Source: an uncultured Muribaculaceae bacterium (GTDB taxonomy: Bacteria; Pseudomonadota; Alphaproteobacteria; Rs-D84). Taken from it: a DNA stretch of 32,000 nt. The notes beneath the pieces are model-generated. The model was given only the letters and a program-made list of their open reading frames with translations, was not told the DNA's origin and did no database searches. Shown here piece after piece: positions 14,879 to 24,525 of this stretch. The translations under genes were made by a program, and so were the position numbers. Numbering within the stretch: the stretch's first letter is position 1; each line of letters opens with the position of its first letter. The DNA lies in assembly GCA_965231035.1 (NCBI GenBank), contig OZ246409.1, positions 421,101-453,100 of the forward strand, given 5' to 3'.

Positions 14879-17098
14879 CTATAATATATGTCTTTTGTTA
14901 TTTGCATCTGGCTGGCTGACTATGCCGTCGGCCTCCATTCTTTCCATAAATCCAGCTGCCTTGTTGTATCCAACACCTAATCTTCTTTGAATATAGGAAA
15001 TTGTTGGTTTTTTATCACGAATTACATATTGTTTCGCCTGTTCATAAAGGTCTGCATCTTTGTCATCTTTAGATAATGGCATACCTGGGATTGGCGCGCC
15101 ACCGGCACTAATTCCTGATGAATCATCATTATCTGAAACACCTTCGACATATTCCGGTTCACCCTGTGCATGCAAGAAATCTGCAACTTTGTTAATTTCT
15201 GTGTTTTCAACCCAAGATCCATGTATACGAACTGGTACACGCCCTGCTTCACTGAACAACATATCACCATAAGCTAATAATTGTTCTGCACCCTTTTCAC
15301 CAAGTGTTGTTCCACTGTCAATCGCACTGCGTGCCTGGAATGAAATTCGTGTTGGAAAGTTTGCCTTGATAACACCTGTAATAACTGTTGTGTCTGGACG
15401 TTGAGTTGCAGCAACCAGGTGTATTCCGGCTGCACGAGCTTTTTGTGCCAGACGTTGGACACAGGCCTCAACCTCTTTACGGGCAACAGACATCAGATCG
15501 GCGACCTCGTCTATAATAACAACCATGTATGGCATATCGGATAAATCAATTTCTTGTTCTTCAAATTCCAGTTCCCCAGTTTCTGGATCTGTTCCAACAG
15601 CAACTTGCTTGGTTGGTTTTTTGCCTGAATTACGTAATTTCTCAACAGCTTCGTTATAACCTTCAATATTCTGGACACCAACATCTTTTAATTTTTTATA
15701 ACGTTCTTCCATTTCGCGAACAGACCATTTCAGTGCATTCACAGAGGCATTAGCATCGGTTAAAATCGGCGTAACTAAATGAGGAATGTCGTTCCATAAT
15801 GTAAAGTCAACACCCTTTGGGTCAACAATAAGCAATTTACACTTATCAGGTGTAAAATGATACAAAATTGACATTATTATAGATTGAACAAAAACAGATT
15901 TTCCAGAACCTGTACGACCAGCTATCAAAAGATGTGGCATCTTTGCCAAGTCAAAATACATTGGATTTCCACCGATATCAACCCCCAGTGCAAGAGGTAT
16001 TCTGTATTTTGAATTCATAAACAATGGATTAGTTATCAAAGATTGCATACGTACAGGTTGTCTGTGCATATTTACCATTTCAACACCGATATAATTTGTA
16101 CGTGGAACATGCGCAATACGAATATTTTCAGTTGCCATTGCACGCGTCATATCTTTAACAGTTTCTGTAACCTTGGAAATTCTGACACCACTGTTTGGTT
16201 CAAATTCATAAAGTGTTACAACTGGTCCAGGCTTTATTCCCATAACTTTTCCAAACACACCAAATTCTTCAAAGTGTGCTTCCAGTGCAGAACCATTTCT
16301 TTTTAATTCTGGTGTTACAACACCCTTGCTGAAATTGGATTTTTCCAAAAATCTTGGATCTGGTAATTCATATTGACCCTCGGTATGGCTTGGTTTACTA
16401 TGCGTCACACGTTTTTTAGAAATCAAATTTTTTCTTTTTGTTTTATCTTCTTTTGGTTCATCTTCTTCTATTTCTTCCTGCTCTTCTTCAACCTCTTCTG
16501 GTTCTGGAGCCTTTACCAAATGGAACACTGATAATAACCAAACAATGGATCTATATATAATATGTATAAAGTTTCGCAAATCCTGCCATTTGATATTTAA
16601 CATTTTTCCCGCTATCGCCATAAATATTGCAAAGAAAACAATCCCAAAAACAAAAGTCCATCCACCAAAAGCAGCAGATAAATCATTTGAAACGATACTG
16701 CCAAACATTCCACCAAAAGATGTTGACGGGAAAACAGTACCCAAACCCGCTGCACCCATACAGATTGCAATAAAACCGCGTAACATATTATATTCTGGTG
16801 CACGTTCAGCGTCCCAGTTCATAACCAAAGAAATTCCTGTGCGACCAATACATAAAAACAAAAACAATGTCGGAATAAAGCCAACACCATAACGGATAAA
16901 GCCAACTACATAATCAATTATACTTTGGTCTCCAAAGCTGCTGCCGACAGCAAAACCGTTCAAATATGGATTATGAAATAATAATGCCAAAGAAAACCAG
17001 GCACCCAAAAACAACAACCCCAGACCGACTATGCGCCAGAACAAACTTTTAAGAGCACTAGAAAACCTTTCAGGTAAAAATTTTGATTTATTCGCCAT
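14879..17098 (-). CDS. ftsK: DNA translocase FtsK
   Basis: N-terminal TM segments, an acidic/Lys-rich linker, Walker A GRTGSGKS, VVIIDEVADL, and the C-terminal gamma winged-helix ISYIQRRLGVGYNKAAGFMERME. Confidence 0.93.
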   Translation of the reverse strand: MANKSKFLPERFSSALKSLFWRIVGLGLLFLGAWFSLALLFHNPYLNGFAVGSSFGDQSIIDYVVGFIRYGVGFIPTLFLFLCIGRTGISLVMNWDAERAPEYNMLRGFIAICMGAAGLGTVFPSTSFGGMFGSIVSNDLSAAFGGWTFVFGIVFFAIFMAIAGKMLNIKWQDLRNFIHIIYRSIVWLLSVFHLVKAPEPEEVEEEQEEIEEDEPKEDKTKRKNLISKKRVTHSKPSHTEGQYELPDPRFLEKSNFSKGVVTPELKRNGSALEAHFEEFGVFGKVMGIKPGPVVTLYEFEPNSGVRISKVTETVKDMTRAMATENIRIAHVPRTNYIGVEMVNMHRQPVRMQSLITNPLFMNSKYRIPLALGVDIGGNPMYFDLAKMPHLLIAGRTGSGKSVFVQSIIMSILYHFTPDKCKLLIVDPKGVDFTLWNDIPHLVTPILTDANASVNALKWSVREMEERYKKLKDVGVQNIEGYNEAVEKLRNSGKKPTKQVAVGTDPETGELEFEEQEIDLSDMPYMVVIIDEVADLMSVARKEVEACVQRLAQKARAAGIHLVAATQRPDTTVITGVIKANFPTRISFQARSAIDSGTTLGEKGAEQLLAYGDMLFSEAGRVPVRIHGSWVENTEINKVADFLHAQGEPEYVEGVSDNDDSSGISAGGAPIPGMPLSKDDKDADLYEQAKQYVIRDKKPTISYIQRRLGVGYNKAAGFMERMEADGIVSQPDANNKRHIL

Positions 17099-17105
17099 AG
17101 CGACA

Positions 17106-17120
17106 ATTATATCACAAAAA
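17106..17120 (-). promoter_or_regulatory. Extended -10 promoter (TTTTTGTGATATAAT) 7 nt upstream of the ftsK ATG
   Basis: This is the same 16-mer (aattatatcacaaaaa) as upstream of the porin gene. The -10 is followed by tgtcgct and then ATG, with no SD. Confidence 0.4.
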
Positions 17121-17152
17121 TAAATATAAAAAAAGCTTAGTAAGTCAGTTGG

Positions 17153-17848
17153 TTATTTATTTTTGAAAAACACGCTTTTAACAATGTCTGCAACAACCAT
17201 TCCGATAAATGCGCTAAAAATTACATCGCTTGGCCAATGATCACCACAACATATTCTGGATACACCTATTACAATTGCCAATGTCCAGGTTGCCCATTTG
17301 ATTTTTGGAAATAATAATCCAATCATAATCAGACCCGCAAAGCTGGCAGTTGCGTGACCAGAAGGCATAGAATTAAATGCCCAATCATTGTTCATTGGAT
17401 AAAAACCAGACTGTCCCAATGCTTCAAAAAATATTGGTCTTTGGCGTCCAAAACCGTACTTTAAAATGTCTGTTATCAACCCCGCCAAAAATACAGAGCA
17501 AAGTACCAAAAATCCAAAATTGTTCTTTGATTTTTCTTTAAATTTATTTATTATTTTCTTGATACTAAACTTATTTTTATCTTTTGTAACTTTGTGTTTT
17601 GATTTTACTACATTTTTTATAACTATAACCAACGCAACACAAAAGGCTGCCGCCAACCAAATTTCAGTTGTGAAAACAGTATCAAAAAATCCCCAGACAG
17701 ACCAATTAAAATTACGCAAAAACAAGAACAACGGTTTATCAAACCACATTACACCTGCTAGACATAAAAACACAACAACAACAGATGCAATTGCCAATTT
17801 TTTCCACTTAATGGAATTATCTTGTCTCAGAAACATTTTCGCCCCCAA
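17153..17848 (-). CDS. PAP2-family phosphatase (membrane lipid phosphatase)
   Basis: KYGFGRQRP, PSGH and SRICCGDHWPSD reproduce the three PAP2 motifs. The protein is multi-TM. The start could be 17848 or 17836. Confidence 0.85.
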   Translation of the reverse strand: MGAKMFLRQDNSIKWKKLAIASVVVVFLCLAGVMWFDKPLFLFLRNFNWSVWGFFDTVFTTEIWLAAAFCVALVIVIKNVVKSKHKVTKDKNKFSIKKIINKFKEKSKNNFGFLVLCSVFLAGLITDILKYGFGRQRPIFFEALGQSGFYPMNNDWAFNSMPSGHATASFAGLIMIGLLFPKIKWATWTLAIVIGVSRICCGDHWPSDVIFSAFIGMVVADIVKSVFFKNK

Positions 17849-17849
17849 G

Positions 17850-19361
17850 TTATAAATTGTTTATCAATTTACTATAAATTTTCTTGTCTGTCAGTATTTT
17901 TACAGATACGGCACTGGATAAAGCATCTTCATCTGCCCCACTTGTAATTATTGGGCAACCTTTTTTAATTTTATCAATTGGTGTTTCATTGTCTTTATTG
18001 AAATCTTTGGACTTAAAATCACCGTTTGTAATATTTAAAAAGAATGCGCTTTGTTGAGCATCACTGCGTATATTAGATAAACATACCAATGGGAAAACTC
18101 CGCGACCATCTATACTGAATCCTTGACCTGTTTTAATGGATTTGTTCAATAATTCTAATGCACCACCGTTATCAAGATCAATTCTGGTAGCAATACGTGC
18201 ATTACCAGATGTCGGTGTTCCAATTAAAACCCCACGATTGTTTTCATAGAACGCAGACGCTATGGCTTCGGCTGTGCCACGTGTAGTATTCGAAACCAAA
18301 ACAACAACAGGCGCATCTGTTACAGATTTTCCACCGGGTACAACTTCTACTTCGTCTTTAGAAGTTTCAACAACCCTCATAATTGGGGTTTGTCCCATAA
18401 ATAATCCAGACAGTTTTGCAGCCGCACGTTCATCATCACCATTTGCAGCACGAAGATCCAAAATAATTCCACCAATATCATCATATTTGGCCAATGCTTC
18501 GTTAACTATGGATACCGACCCGTCTGATACTTTGTGTACAACGATTTCCAGAATGCTTGGCGCGTCTGCAACGCCAGATCTATGAATAACATCTGCATCT
18601 GCCAAAACAATTGTAGCACGACGCAAAACAACAGATTTATTTCCAGATTGAGTTAACAGGTTCAACTTTAAAGTTCCAGAATTGAATCCAGAAAACATTG
18701 ATTCTGTATCTGAATCAGACAATTCAGAAACACGTGTTCCATTTATTGTTGTAATAATGTCCCCAGATTTTACACCTGCATCATCAGCACTAGAACCCTT
18801 ATAAACACCATTCACACGAAGGTTTCCACGTTCATCACGAACACTTTCCAGACCGACACTGGTTAAAATTCTGCCGTCTTCCATTACCTCAGCTTTCTTA
18901 GAGTAAATATATCTGCCATTTTCGTCTATTCCGCGCATCAGTGCATCTACGACTGTTTGGTACATCTGACTTTCGGACACTTTCCCAAACTGTGAATCAA
19001 ACTCGCGCAATTTTAAAACTAATGCTGTTGTGATCTGACCAAAACCATTCCAATCACCCTTATCAGGACGGGGATAATTTGCAACAATAGAATCACGCCA
19101 TACCAAAACAACACGATCATCGGTTGCAGCAATATGTGCATTTGGATTTATTTTTTCCAAACTTTCTATTGCAACATTTATGCTTTTTCCGCCCCAACTG
19201 ACCGTATCTAATTTTTTATAAATATCAGAAAATACAGCCGAGGTATCAAATACATTTATTCCACCTTGGACTGGTTCTTCTTTATCAAACAAATCTGCCG
19301 CGTACAAAGGCACAGCAAATAAAAGCAAAAACACCGATAAAAATAATTTCTTTATTTTCAC
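17850..19361 (-). CDS. S41 (C-terminal processing peptidase, CtpA/Prc) family homolog with PDZ domain; catalytic Ser/Lys apparently substituted
   Basis: Signal peptide, PDZ-like GVYKGSSADDAGVKSGDIITTINGT, and S41 core ILDLR...VVVLVSNTTRGTAEAIASAF...LIGTPTSGNARIAT. The canonical sequence is GSASASE...GxxTFGKGxVQ. Confidence 0.75.
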   Translation of the reverse strand: MKIKKLFLSVFLLLFAVPLYAADLFDKEEPVQGGINVFDTSAVFSDIYKKLDTVSWGGKSINVAIESLEKINPNAHIAATDDRVVLVWRDSIVANYPRPDKGDWNGFGQITTALVLKLREFDSQFGKVSESQMYQTVVDALMRGIDENGRYIYSKKAEVMEDGRILTSVGLESVRDERGNLRVNGVYKGSSADDAGVKSGDIITTINGTRVSELSDSDTESMFSGFNSGTLKLNLLTQSGNKSVVLRRATIVLADADVIHRSGVADAPSILEIVVHKVSDGSVSIVNEALAKYDDIGGIILDLRAANGDDERAAAKLSGLFMGQTPIMRVVETSKDEVEVVPGGKSVTDAPVVVLVSNTTRGTAEAIASAFYENNRGVLIGTPTSGNARIATRIDLDNGGALELLNKSIKTGQGFSIDGRGVFPLVCLSNIRSDAQQSAFFLNITNGDFKSKDFNKDNETPIDKIKKGCPIITSGADEDALSSAVSVKILTDKKIYSKLINNL

Positions 19362-19379
19362 GTTTTTACCCTTTTTATT

Positions 19380-20249
19380 TTATCTTTCTGTTCTGCGTAA
19401 ATTAAAGTGATACAAGACAACGTTTGAAATGTAAATACTGGTCAATGTTCCCATAACAACCGCAAAAGTCATAGCGATTGAAAATTCACGCAACAATTCG
19501 CCACCAAAGAAGAACAAACCAATCATTGCTAAAATAACTGATGTACTGGTCATAATTGTTCTGCGCATCATTTCATTCACAGATAAATCAATTAATTCTG
19601 TCATTGGCATTTTATGATACTTTTTAATATTTTCTTCGATACGGTCATAGTTCACAACCTTGTCATTAATAGAATATCCTATACCCATCAATATTACCGC
19701 GATTGCTGTCTGATTAAACTCCAGACCTGCAGCTGCAAAAAAACCAAACATTAAAATAAAATCTAAAACCAGCGAAATAAAAGATCCAACCGCATATCCA
19801 CCGCGATAACGTATCCAGATATAAACAGACATTAAAACGAATGAAAATAGAATTGCCAGAATTCCACCCTGAATTAATTCCCCACCAATCTTTGGTCCAA
19901 CAATTTGAACATGAGAATAATCAACCTTGTCACCCAAAATGTCTTTTATTTCACGAACGCGTTGGTTTTGTTGTTCATCTGTTGCGCCCTTGGGTAATCC
20001 GACACGAACCAATATGGATTTATTATTGTCAATTGATTGTAATTCTGGTGCAAATGCAGATAAGTCCTTGCGCATTTTATCGATTGTATAATCTGCAGAT
20101 TTTGGTGTTAATTCCATAGAAATACCACCTGCAAAATCAATACCATAATTCAATCCACGTGTTACTAAACACACAATCGACAAAGCCACCAGTAAACCAG
20201 AAATCCAGTACGACAGCTTTCTATATTTCATAAAATGCATTTTCATCAA
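19380..20249 (-). CDS. secF: Protein translocase subunit SecF
   Basis: LNYGIDFAGG motif, six-TM architecture, and position immediately downstream of secD. Confidence 0.92.
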   Translation of the reverse strand: MMKMHFMKYRKLSYWISGLLVALSIVCLVTRGLNYGIDFAGGISMELTPKSADYTIDKMRKDLSAFAPELQSIDNNKSILVRVGLPKGATDEQQNQRVREIKDILGDKVDYSHVQIVGPKIGGELIQGGILAILFSFVLMSVYIWIRYRGGYAVGSFISLVLDFILMFGFFAAAGLEFNQTAIAVILMGIGYSINDKVVNYDRIEENIKKYHKMPMTELIDLSVNEMMRRTIMTSTSVILAMIGLFFFGGELLREFSIAMTFAVVMGTLTSIYISNVVLYHFNLRRTER

Positions 20250-20277
20250 AAACTCCCTTTGGCAAAATTTGCCGTAA

Positions 20278-21831
20278 TTATTTTATAAAGCTTATCTTTT
20301 TATTTTTACCGTTCATATACCACAAGATTATAATCTTGGACAATGCCAAACATGTCAACAAAGTGGTTATAATACCAATAGACAATGTGACTGCAAATCC
20401 ACGAATTGGACCTGCACCAAACTGGAATAATATCAAAGAACAAATAAGATTGGTCAGGTTTCCGTCCAATACAGCCTTCATAGAACGATGGAATCCCAAA
20501 TCTATTGAATGAAGTGTTGGAACACCAGCTTTGACTTCGTCCCTTATTCTTTCGAACGGTAGAATGTTTGCGTCCACCGCAACACCCATTGTCAGAACGA
20601 TACCAGCAATACCAGGTAATGTCAGCGTTGCACCAAACAAAGCAGATACACCAATAATTGTTCCCAAGTTAATTAATAACACAAGGTCTGCCATGACACC
20701 AAATTCACGGTACATTATCAGCATGAATATCATAATAAATAATAACCCTGCTGCGGCACCAATTTTTCCAGACGCAATAGTATCAGCACCCAAACCCGCA
20801 CCAACTGTGCGTTCTTCGATAACTGATAAAGGTGCAGGCAAAGCACCAGATCTTAGCAACACAGCCAAATCTTTTGCACCCTGCAAGGTAAATCCACCAG
20901 ATATTTGACCACGACCGCCTGGGATTGGTTCGCGAATTGTTGGTGCTGATAAAACCTTGTCATCCAAGACAATTGCAAATCTTTCATTTACATGTTCAGA
21001 AGTCAGTTTTGCAAATTTTCTTGCACCTGTGCTGTCAAAAACAGTTGTAACAACTGGCATATTATTCTGGTCAAAGTCAGCCTGTGAATCTTTCAAATTT
21101 TCACCCGATACTTCGATACGTGAATAAACAGGAACCATCTGCCAAGGCGAATCAATTAATGGTAAAAATTGTGTACCCGAAGGTGCGCGCCCACTGGCCA
21201 ACTGTTCTGGGGATACATTTTCATTTACCAAATGGAATGTCATCTTTGCTGTCTGACCAATCAAGTCCTTGATACGTTCTGGATTATCAACACCAGGTAA
21301 TTGGATTAAAACATATTTTCCACCCTGGCTTTGGATTGAAGGTTCCTTGGTTCCCAGCGCATCAATTCTGCGACGTACAATTTCAATACTGCGTGAAAGT
21401 GCATCACGAATCATTTCAGATTTTTGTTTATCTGAATAAGAAACAATTACCATATTTCCTTTGGATTCAATATCAACATCATTTCCCAATTCGCTTTTCA
21501 AGCGTCCTTTGGCACGTGAAACTTCATCTTTATCACGAATTACCATTGAAACACGACCATTTATATTACGCAGATCTGAAAAACGAATAACACCCTTGTC
21601 ACGGTTTATCAAAGCAGATCTGGCACTGTCATACAATTGTACAGATTTTTCTTTGAACATGGTTTCTGTATCAACTTCCAACAATAACTGTGCACCCCCC
21701 TTCAAGTCCAAACCCAAAGGAATTGGACGAACCCAAGATGGAAGGTATTTAGTAGAACTTGGAACTATTGTAGGGACAGATAATAAAACACCAAACACCG
21801 CAACTAAGACTATTGCAAGCTTTTTGAACAT
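20278..21831 (-). CDS. secD: Protein translocase subunit SecD
   Basis: LGLDLKGG motif, a large periplasmic domain, and a C-terminal RND-like TM bundle (AGIAGIVLTMGVAVDANI). Confidence 0.92.
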   Translation of the reverse strand: MFKKLAIVLVAVFGVLLSVPTIVPSSTKYLPSWVRPIPLGLDLKGGAQLLLEVDTETMFKEKSVQLYDSARSALINRDKGVIRFSDLRNINGRVSMVIRDKDEVSRAKGRLKSELGNDVDIESKGNMVIVSYSDKQKSEMIRDALSRSIEIVRRRIDALGTKEPSIQSQGGKYVLIQLPGVDNPERIKDLIGQTAKMTFHLVNENVSPEQLASGRAPSGTQFLPLIDSPWQMVPVYSRIEVSGENLKDSQADFDQNNMPVVTTVFDSTGARKFAKLTSEHVNERFAIVLDDKVLSAPTIREPIPGGRGQISGGFTLQGAKDLAVLLRSGALPAPLSVIEERTVGAGLGADTIASGKIGAAAGLLFIMIFMLIMYREFGVMADLVLLINLGTIIGVSALFGATLTLPGIAGIVLTMGVAVDANILPFERIRDEVKAGVPTLHSIDLGFHRSMKAVLDGNLTNLICSLILFQFGAGPIRGFAVTLSIGIITTLLTCLALSKIIILWYMNGKNKKISFIK

Positions 21832-21853
21832 ATTTTTGCCTTTATTTTTAACT

Positions 21854-22159
21854 TTATTCCACAGTGGCTACAGCGTTTTTGTTAACTTCGATAACAACAC
21901 CTTTGGCCACTTCAATATCAATTGTATTTTCTTTGATTTTCTTTACAGTTCCGTATATTCCGGCGGCCATAACACGATTGCCAACTTTCAAGGAATCTAT
22001 CATTTTTTTGTATTCAGCCATACGTTTTTTATTTGGACGTACCATAAAGAAATAAATAACAACAAATATAACCAAACAATAAACTATCAATCCCATAGTA
22101 TTATTTTTTGGTGCTGCATCTGTTGCTGTGTTAACTGTATTTAATGTTTGTGGGTTCAT
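21854..22159 (-). CDS. yajC: Preprotein translocase subunit YajC
   Basis: FFMVRPNKKRMAEYKKMIDSLKVGNRVMAAGIYGTV is the YajC signature. I chose the start at 22159, which is preceded by AAGGAG. Confidence 0.88.
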   Translation of the reverse strand: MNPQTLNTVNTATDAAPKNNTMGLIVYCLVIFVVIYFFMVRPNKKRMAEYKKMIDSLKVGNRVMAAGIYGTVKKIKENTIDIEVAKGVVIEVNKNAVATVE

Positions 22160-22229
22160 AAAATTTCTCCTTTTATCAAGGGAAAGATTAGTAAAAAAAC
22201 GCCCCAGTGTAAAGCAAAATAAAAGAAAT

Positions 22230-23939
22230 TTAAATGCGTTCAAACATAGTATCCAATTCGGACATTTTTATTATTTTATAAACAGGACGACCATGATTAC
22301 ATTGCCCTGCACGTTCAGTATTTTCAATATCCCGCAGCAAAGCATCCATTTGGGCATAATCCAGTCTTTGTCCTGCACGTACAGAATGATGACAAGCATA
22401 ATTTGCCAGTTTCAAATGAAGCTTTTCATGTAATTGCGAAGAATGACCATTTTCAATAACTTCATCTGAAATATCACTTAATAGCTTTGACCAGTCCATA
22501 TTCCAATCTGCTGGTTTTTCAAATATTGCAATCGCATCATCACCAAACTGGTCCAATACCAAACCACAGCTTTTCATTTCATCTTTTATTTCCAAAACCG
22601 CCGCAACTTGTTCGGGTTTCATATTTATAACAATTGGTGTCAATAATGGTTGAACCTTGATTGAATGTGTACGCAGTTGTTCGTATACAATTCTTTCGTG
22701 TGCGGCATGTTGATCAATTATTACAAAGCCCTGCTCGCTTTCTGCAATTATATATTTATTTGAATACTGTCCGATTACACGACCAAGCGGTCTGGTATTT
22801 GGAATATTTTCTGCTGGTTTATCTTCGCTATATGTTTTAATAAAGTTATCAAAAAAAGCAGGTTTGTTATTATGAACAGATGGAACACTGTCACGAAACT
22901 GCATTGTAAAAGAAACTTGTTCGGGTCTTTTAACAAAATCTTCCACCGTGTTAGTATTAAAATCAACCATTGGTCTGGAAAGTTTTTCACGCAAAGTTCT
23001 GATTATAAATCCACGTACACGGGACGGTTCCAGAAAATGAACTTCAGTCTTGGCTGGCGATACATTTACATCAACAGATTTTGGATCCAAATCCAGGTAA
23101 AGTGCCACACAGGGAAATTCACGCGCATGCATAACATCCATATATGCTGCACGCAATGCGCCAACCAGAACCTTATCTTTAACCGGTCTATTATTTACAA
23201 ATAAATATTGATCCACAGATGATGCACGACGCATTGTTGGTTCAGAAATAAAACCACGCAAAGATAATGCACCGGTTGAATTTGATGTATCTTCTATGGC
23301 AAGCATTTTTCCAGAAACATCATCACCCATAACAGCAATTATTCTTTGTTCTAAAGATTGTTTGGCTGGAAAACGCCAACGATTATTCAACGTAAATCCA
23401 ACATCTGGTCTTGCCATTGCCAAACGCTTTACAACTTCGACCACTGACATCATCTCGGCACGGTCTGTACGCATGAATTTAAGGCGTGCAGGAGTTTTTG
23501 CAAATAAATTCAACACCCTGATTCTGGTGCCAGATTCCCACGAAGAAGGTTTTATTTCACCCGTGGTACAATCCATAGACCATCCATGCGGATCAGCACC
23601 ATTATATGTATCAATTATCATATCTGAAACAGATGTGATTGATGGTAATGCCTCGCCACGAAATCCCATAAAATTTATATTCAATAAATTATCATCTGGT
23701 AATTTTGATGTGGCATGTCTTTTAATACTTTTTGCCAAATCTTCACGTGACATTCCAGATCCATTATCAATCACACTAATCATTGTGCGACCACCATCCG
23801 TGACATCAATAATTATCTGATCACTTCTGGCATCCAGCGCATTTTCTATCAATTCCTTGACAACGCTGGCGGGACGTTCGACCACCTCGCCTGCAGCGAT
23901 TTGATTAATTAAAAAATCTGGCAATTCACGAATTGGCAT
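22230..23939 (-). CDS. mutL: DNA mismatch repair endonuclease MutL
   Basis: N-terminal GHKL ATPase (LINQIAAGEVVERPASVVKELIENALDA) and the C-terminal DQHAAHERIVYEQL endonuclease motif. Confidence 0.93.
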   Translation of the reverse strand: MPIRELPDFLINQIAAGEVVERPASVVKELIENALDARSDQIIIDVTDGGRTMISVIDNGSGMSREDLAKSIKRHATSKLPDDNLLNINFMGFRGEALPSITSVSDMIIDTYNGADPHGWSMDCTTGEIKPSSWESGTRIRVLNLFAKTPARLKFMRTDRAEMMSVVEVVKRLAMARPDVGFTLNNRWRFPAKQSLEQRIIAVMGDDVSGKMLAIEDTSNSTGALSLRGFISEPTMRRASSVDQYLFVNNRPVKDKVLVGALRAAYMDVMHAREFPCVALYLDLDPKSVDVNVSPAKTEVHFLEPSRVRGFIIRTLREKLSRPMVDFNTNTVEDFVKRPEQVSFTMQFRDSVPSVHNNKPAFFDNFIKTYSEDKPAENIPNTRPLGRVIGQYSNKYIIAESEQGFVIIDQHAAHERIVYEQLRTHSIKVQPLLTPIVINMKPEQVAAVLEIKDEMKSCGLVLDQFGDDAIAIFEKPADWNMDWSKLLSDISDEVIENGHSSQLHEKLHLKLANYACHHSVRAGQRLDYAQMDALLRDIENTERAGQCNHGRPVYKIIKMSELDTMFERI

Positions 23940-23955
23940 TTAATTATTCTTTGAA

Positions 23956-24426
23956 TTATTCCTTGAATTTTATTTCCAAAATTTCGTATTCTTTTTCACC
24001 GCTTGGCAAACGCACAATACAAGTATCACCAACACATTTTCCAATCAAAGCACGCCCCACCGGCGAAGTACAAGAAATAACCTGTTTCCCATCCGATTCA
24101 ATATCAGATAAAATACGGCACTGCATTTTATTACCCTGGTCATCTTCGACAACAACATGTGCACCAAAAACTATACGACTTCCAGATAGACTGTCGATAT
24201 CTATTACGTTTGAATTGCTGATTACTTCTTCGATAAAACGCATTCTTTTATCTATTTGTCTTTGTTTTTCTTTTGCAGCGCTGTAATCCGCATTTTCAGA
24301 TAAATCCCCCAAAGAACGCGCCCATTGCACGGTTTTTAATATTTCTGGTCTATCTATTTCTTGCAGATGTTTTAATTCTTTCACCAGTGTATCAAACCCT
24401 GCTCTTGAAATTGGCTTTTTTTCCAT
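23956..24426 (-). CDS. greA: Transcription elongation factor GreA
   Basis: DLSENADYSAAKEKQ coiled-coil tip motif, 156 aa, and a C-terminal FKBP-like domain. Confidence 0.92.
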   Translation of the reverse strand: MEKKPISRAGFDTLVKELKHLQEIDRPEILKTVQWARSLGDLSENADYSAAKEKQRQIDKRMRFIEEVISNSNVIDIDSLSGSRIVFGAHVVVEDDQGNKMQCRILSDIESDGKQVISCTSPVGRALIGKCVGDTCIVRLPSGEKEYEILEIKFKE

Positions 24427-24525
24427 TGTATTATCCTATTTATAACTAGTATTCATTTTAATTTTGCAATTGTCAATTGAACAGGATATACTGCATAGAA
24501 CCTAAATAAAAGGCTATTTTAAGTT

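Noticed and set aside
20531-22144. Plus-strand ORFs of 125 aa (20531-20908) and 227 aa (21461-22144), plus smaller ones, antisense to secD/yajC
   Set aside because: They lie entirely within the secD/yajC coding sequence on the opposite strand and have no motifs, RBS or independent support.
22872-24286. Plus-strand ORFs 22872-23204, 23296-23820 and 23933-24286 antisense to mutL/greA
   Set aside because: These are shadow ORFs. MutL and GreA on the minus strand have unambiguous family signatures across the same span.
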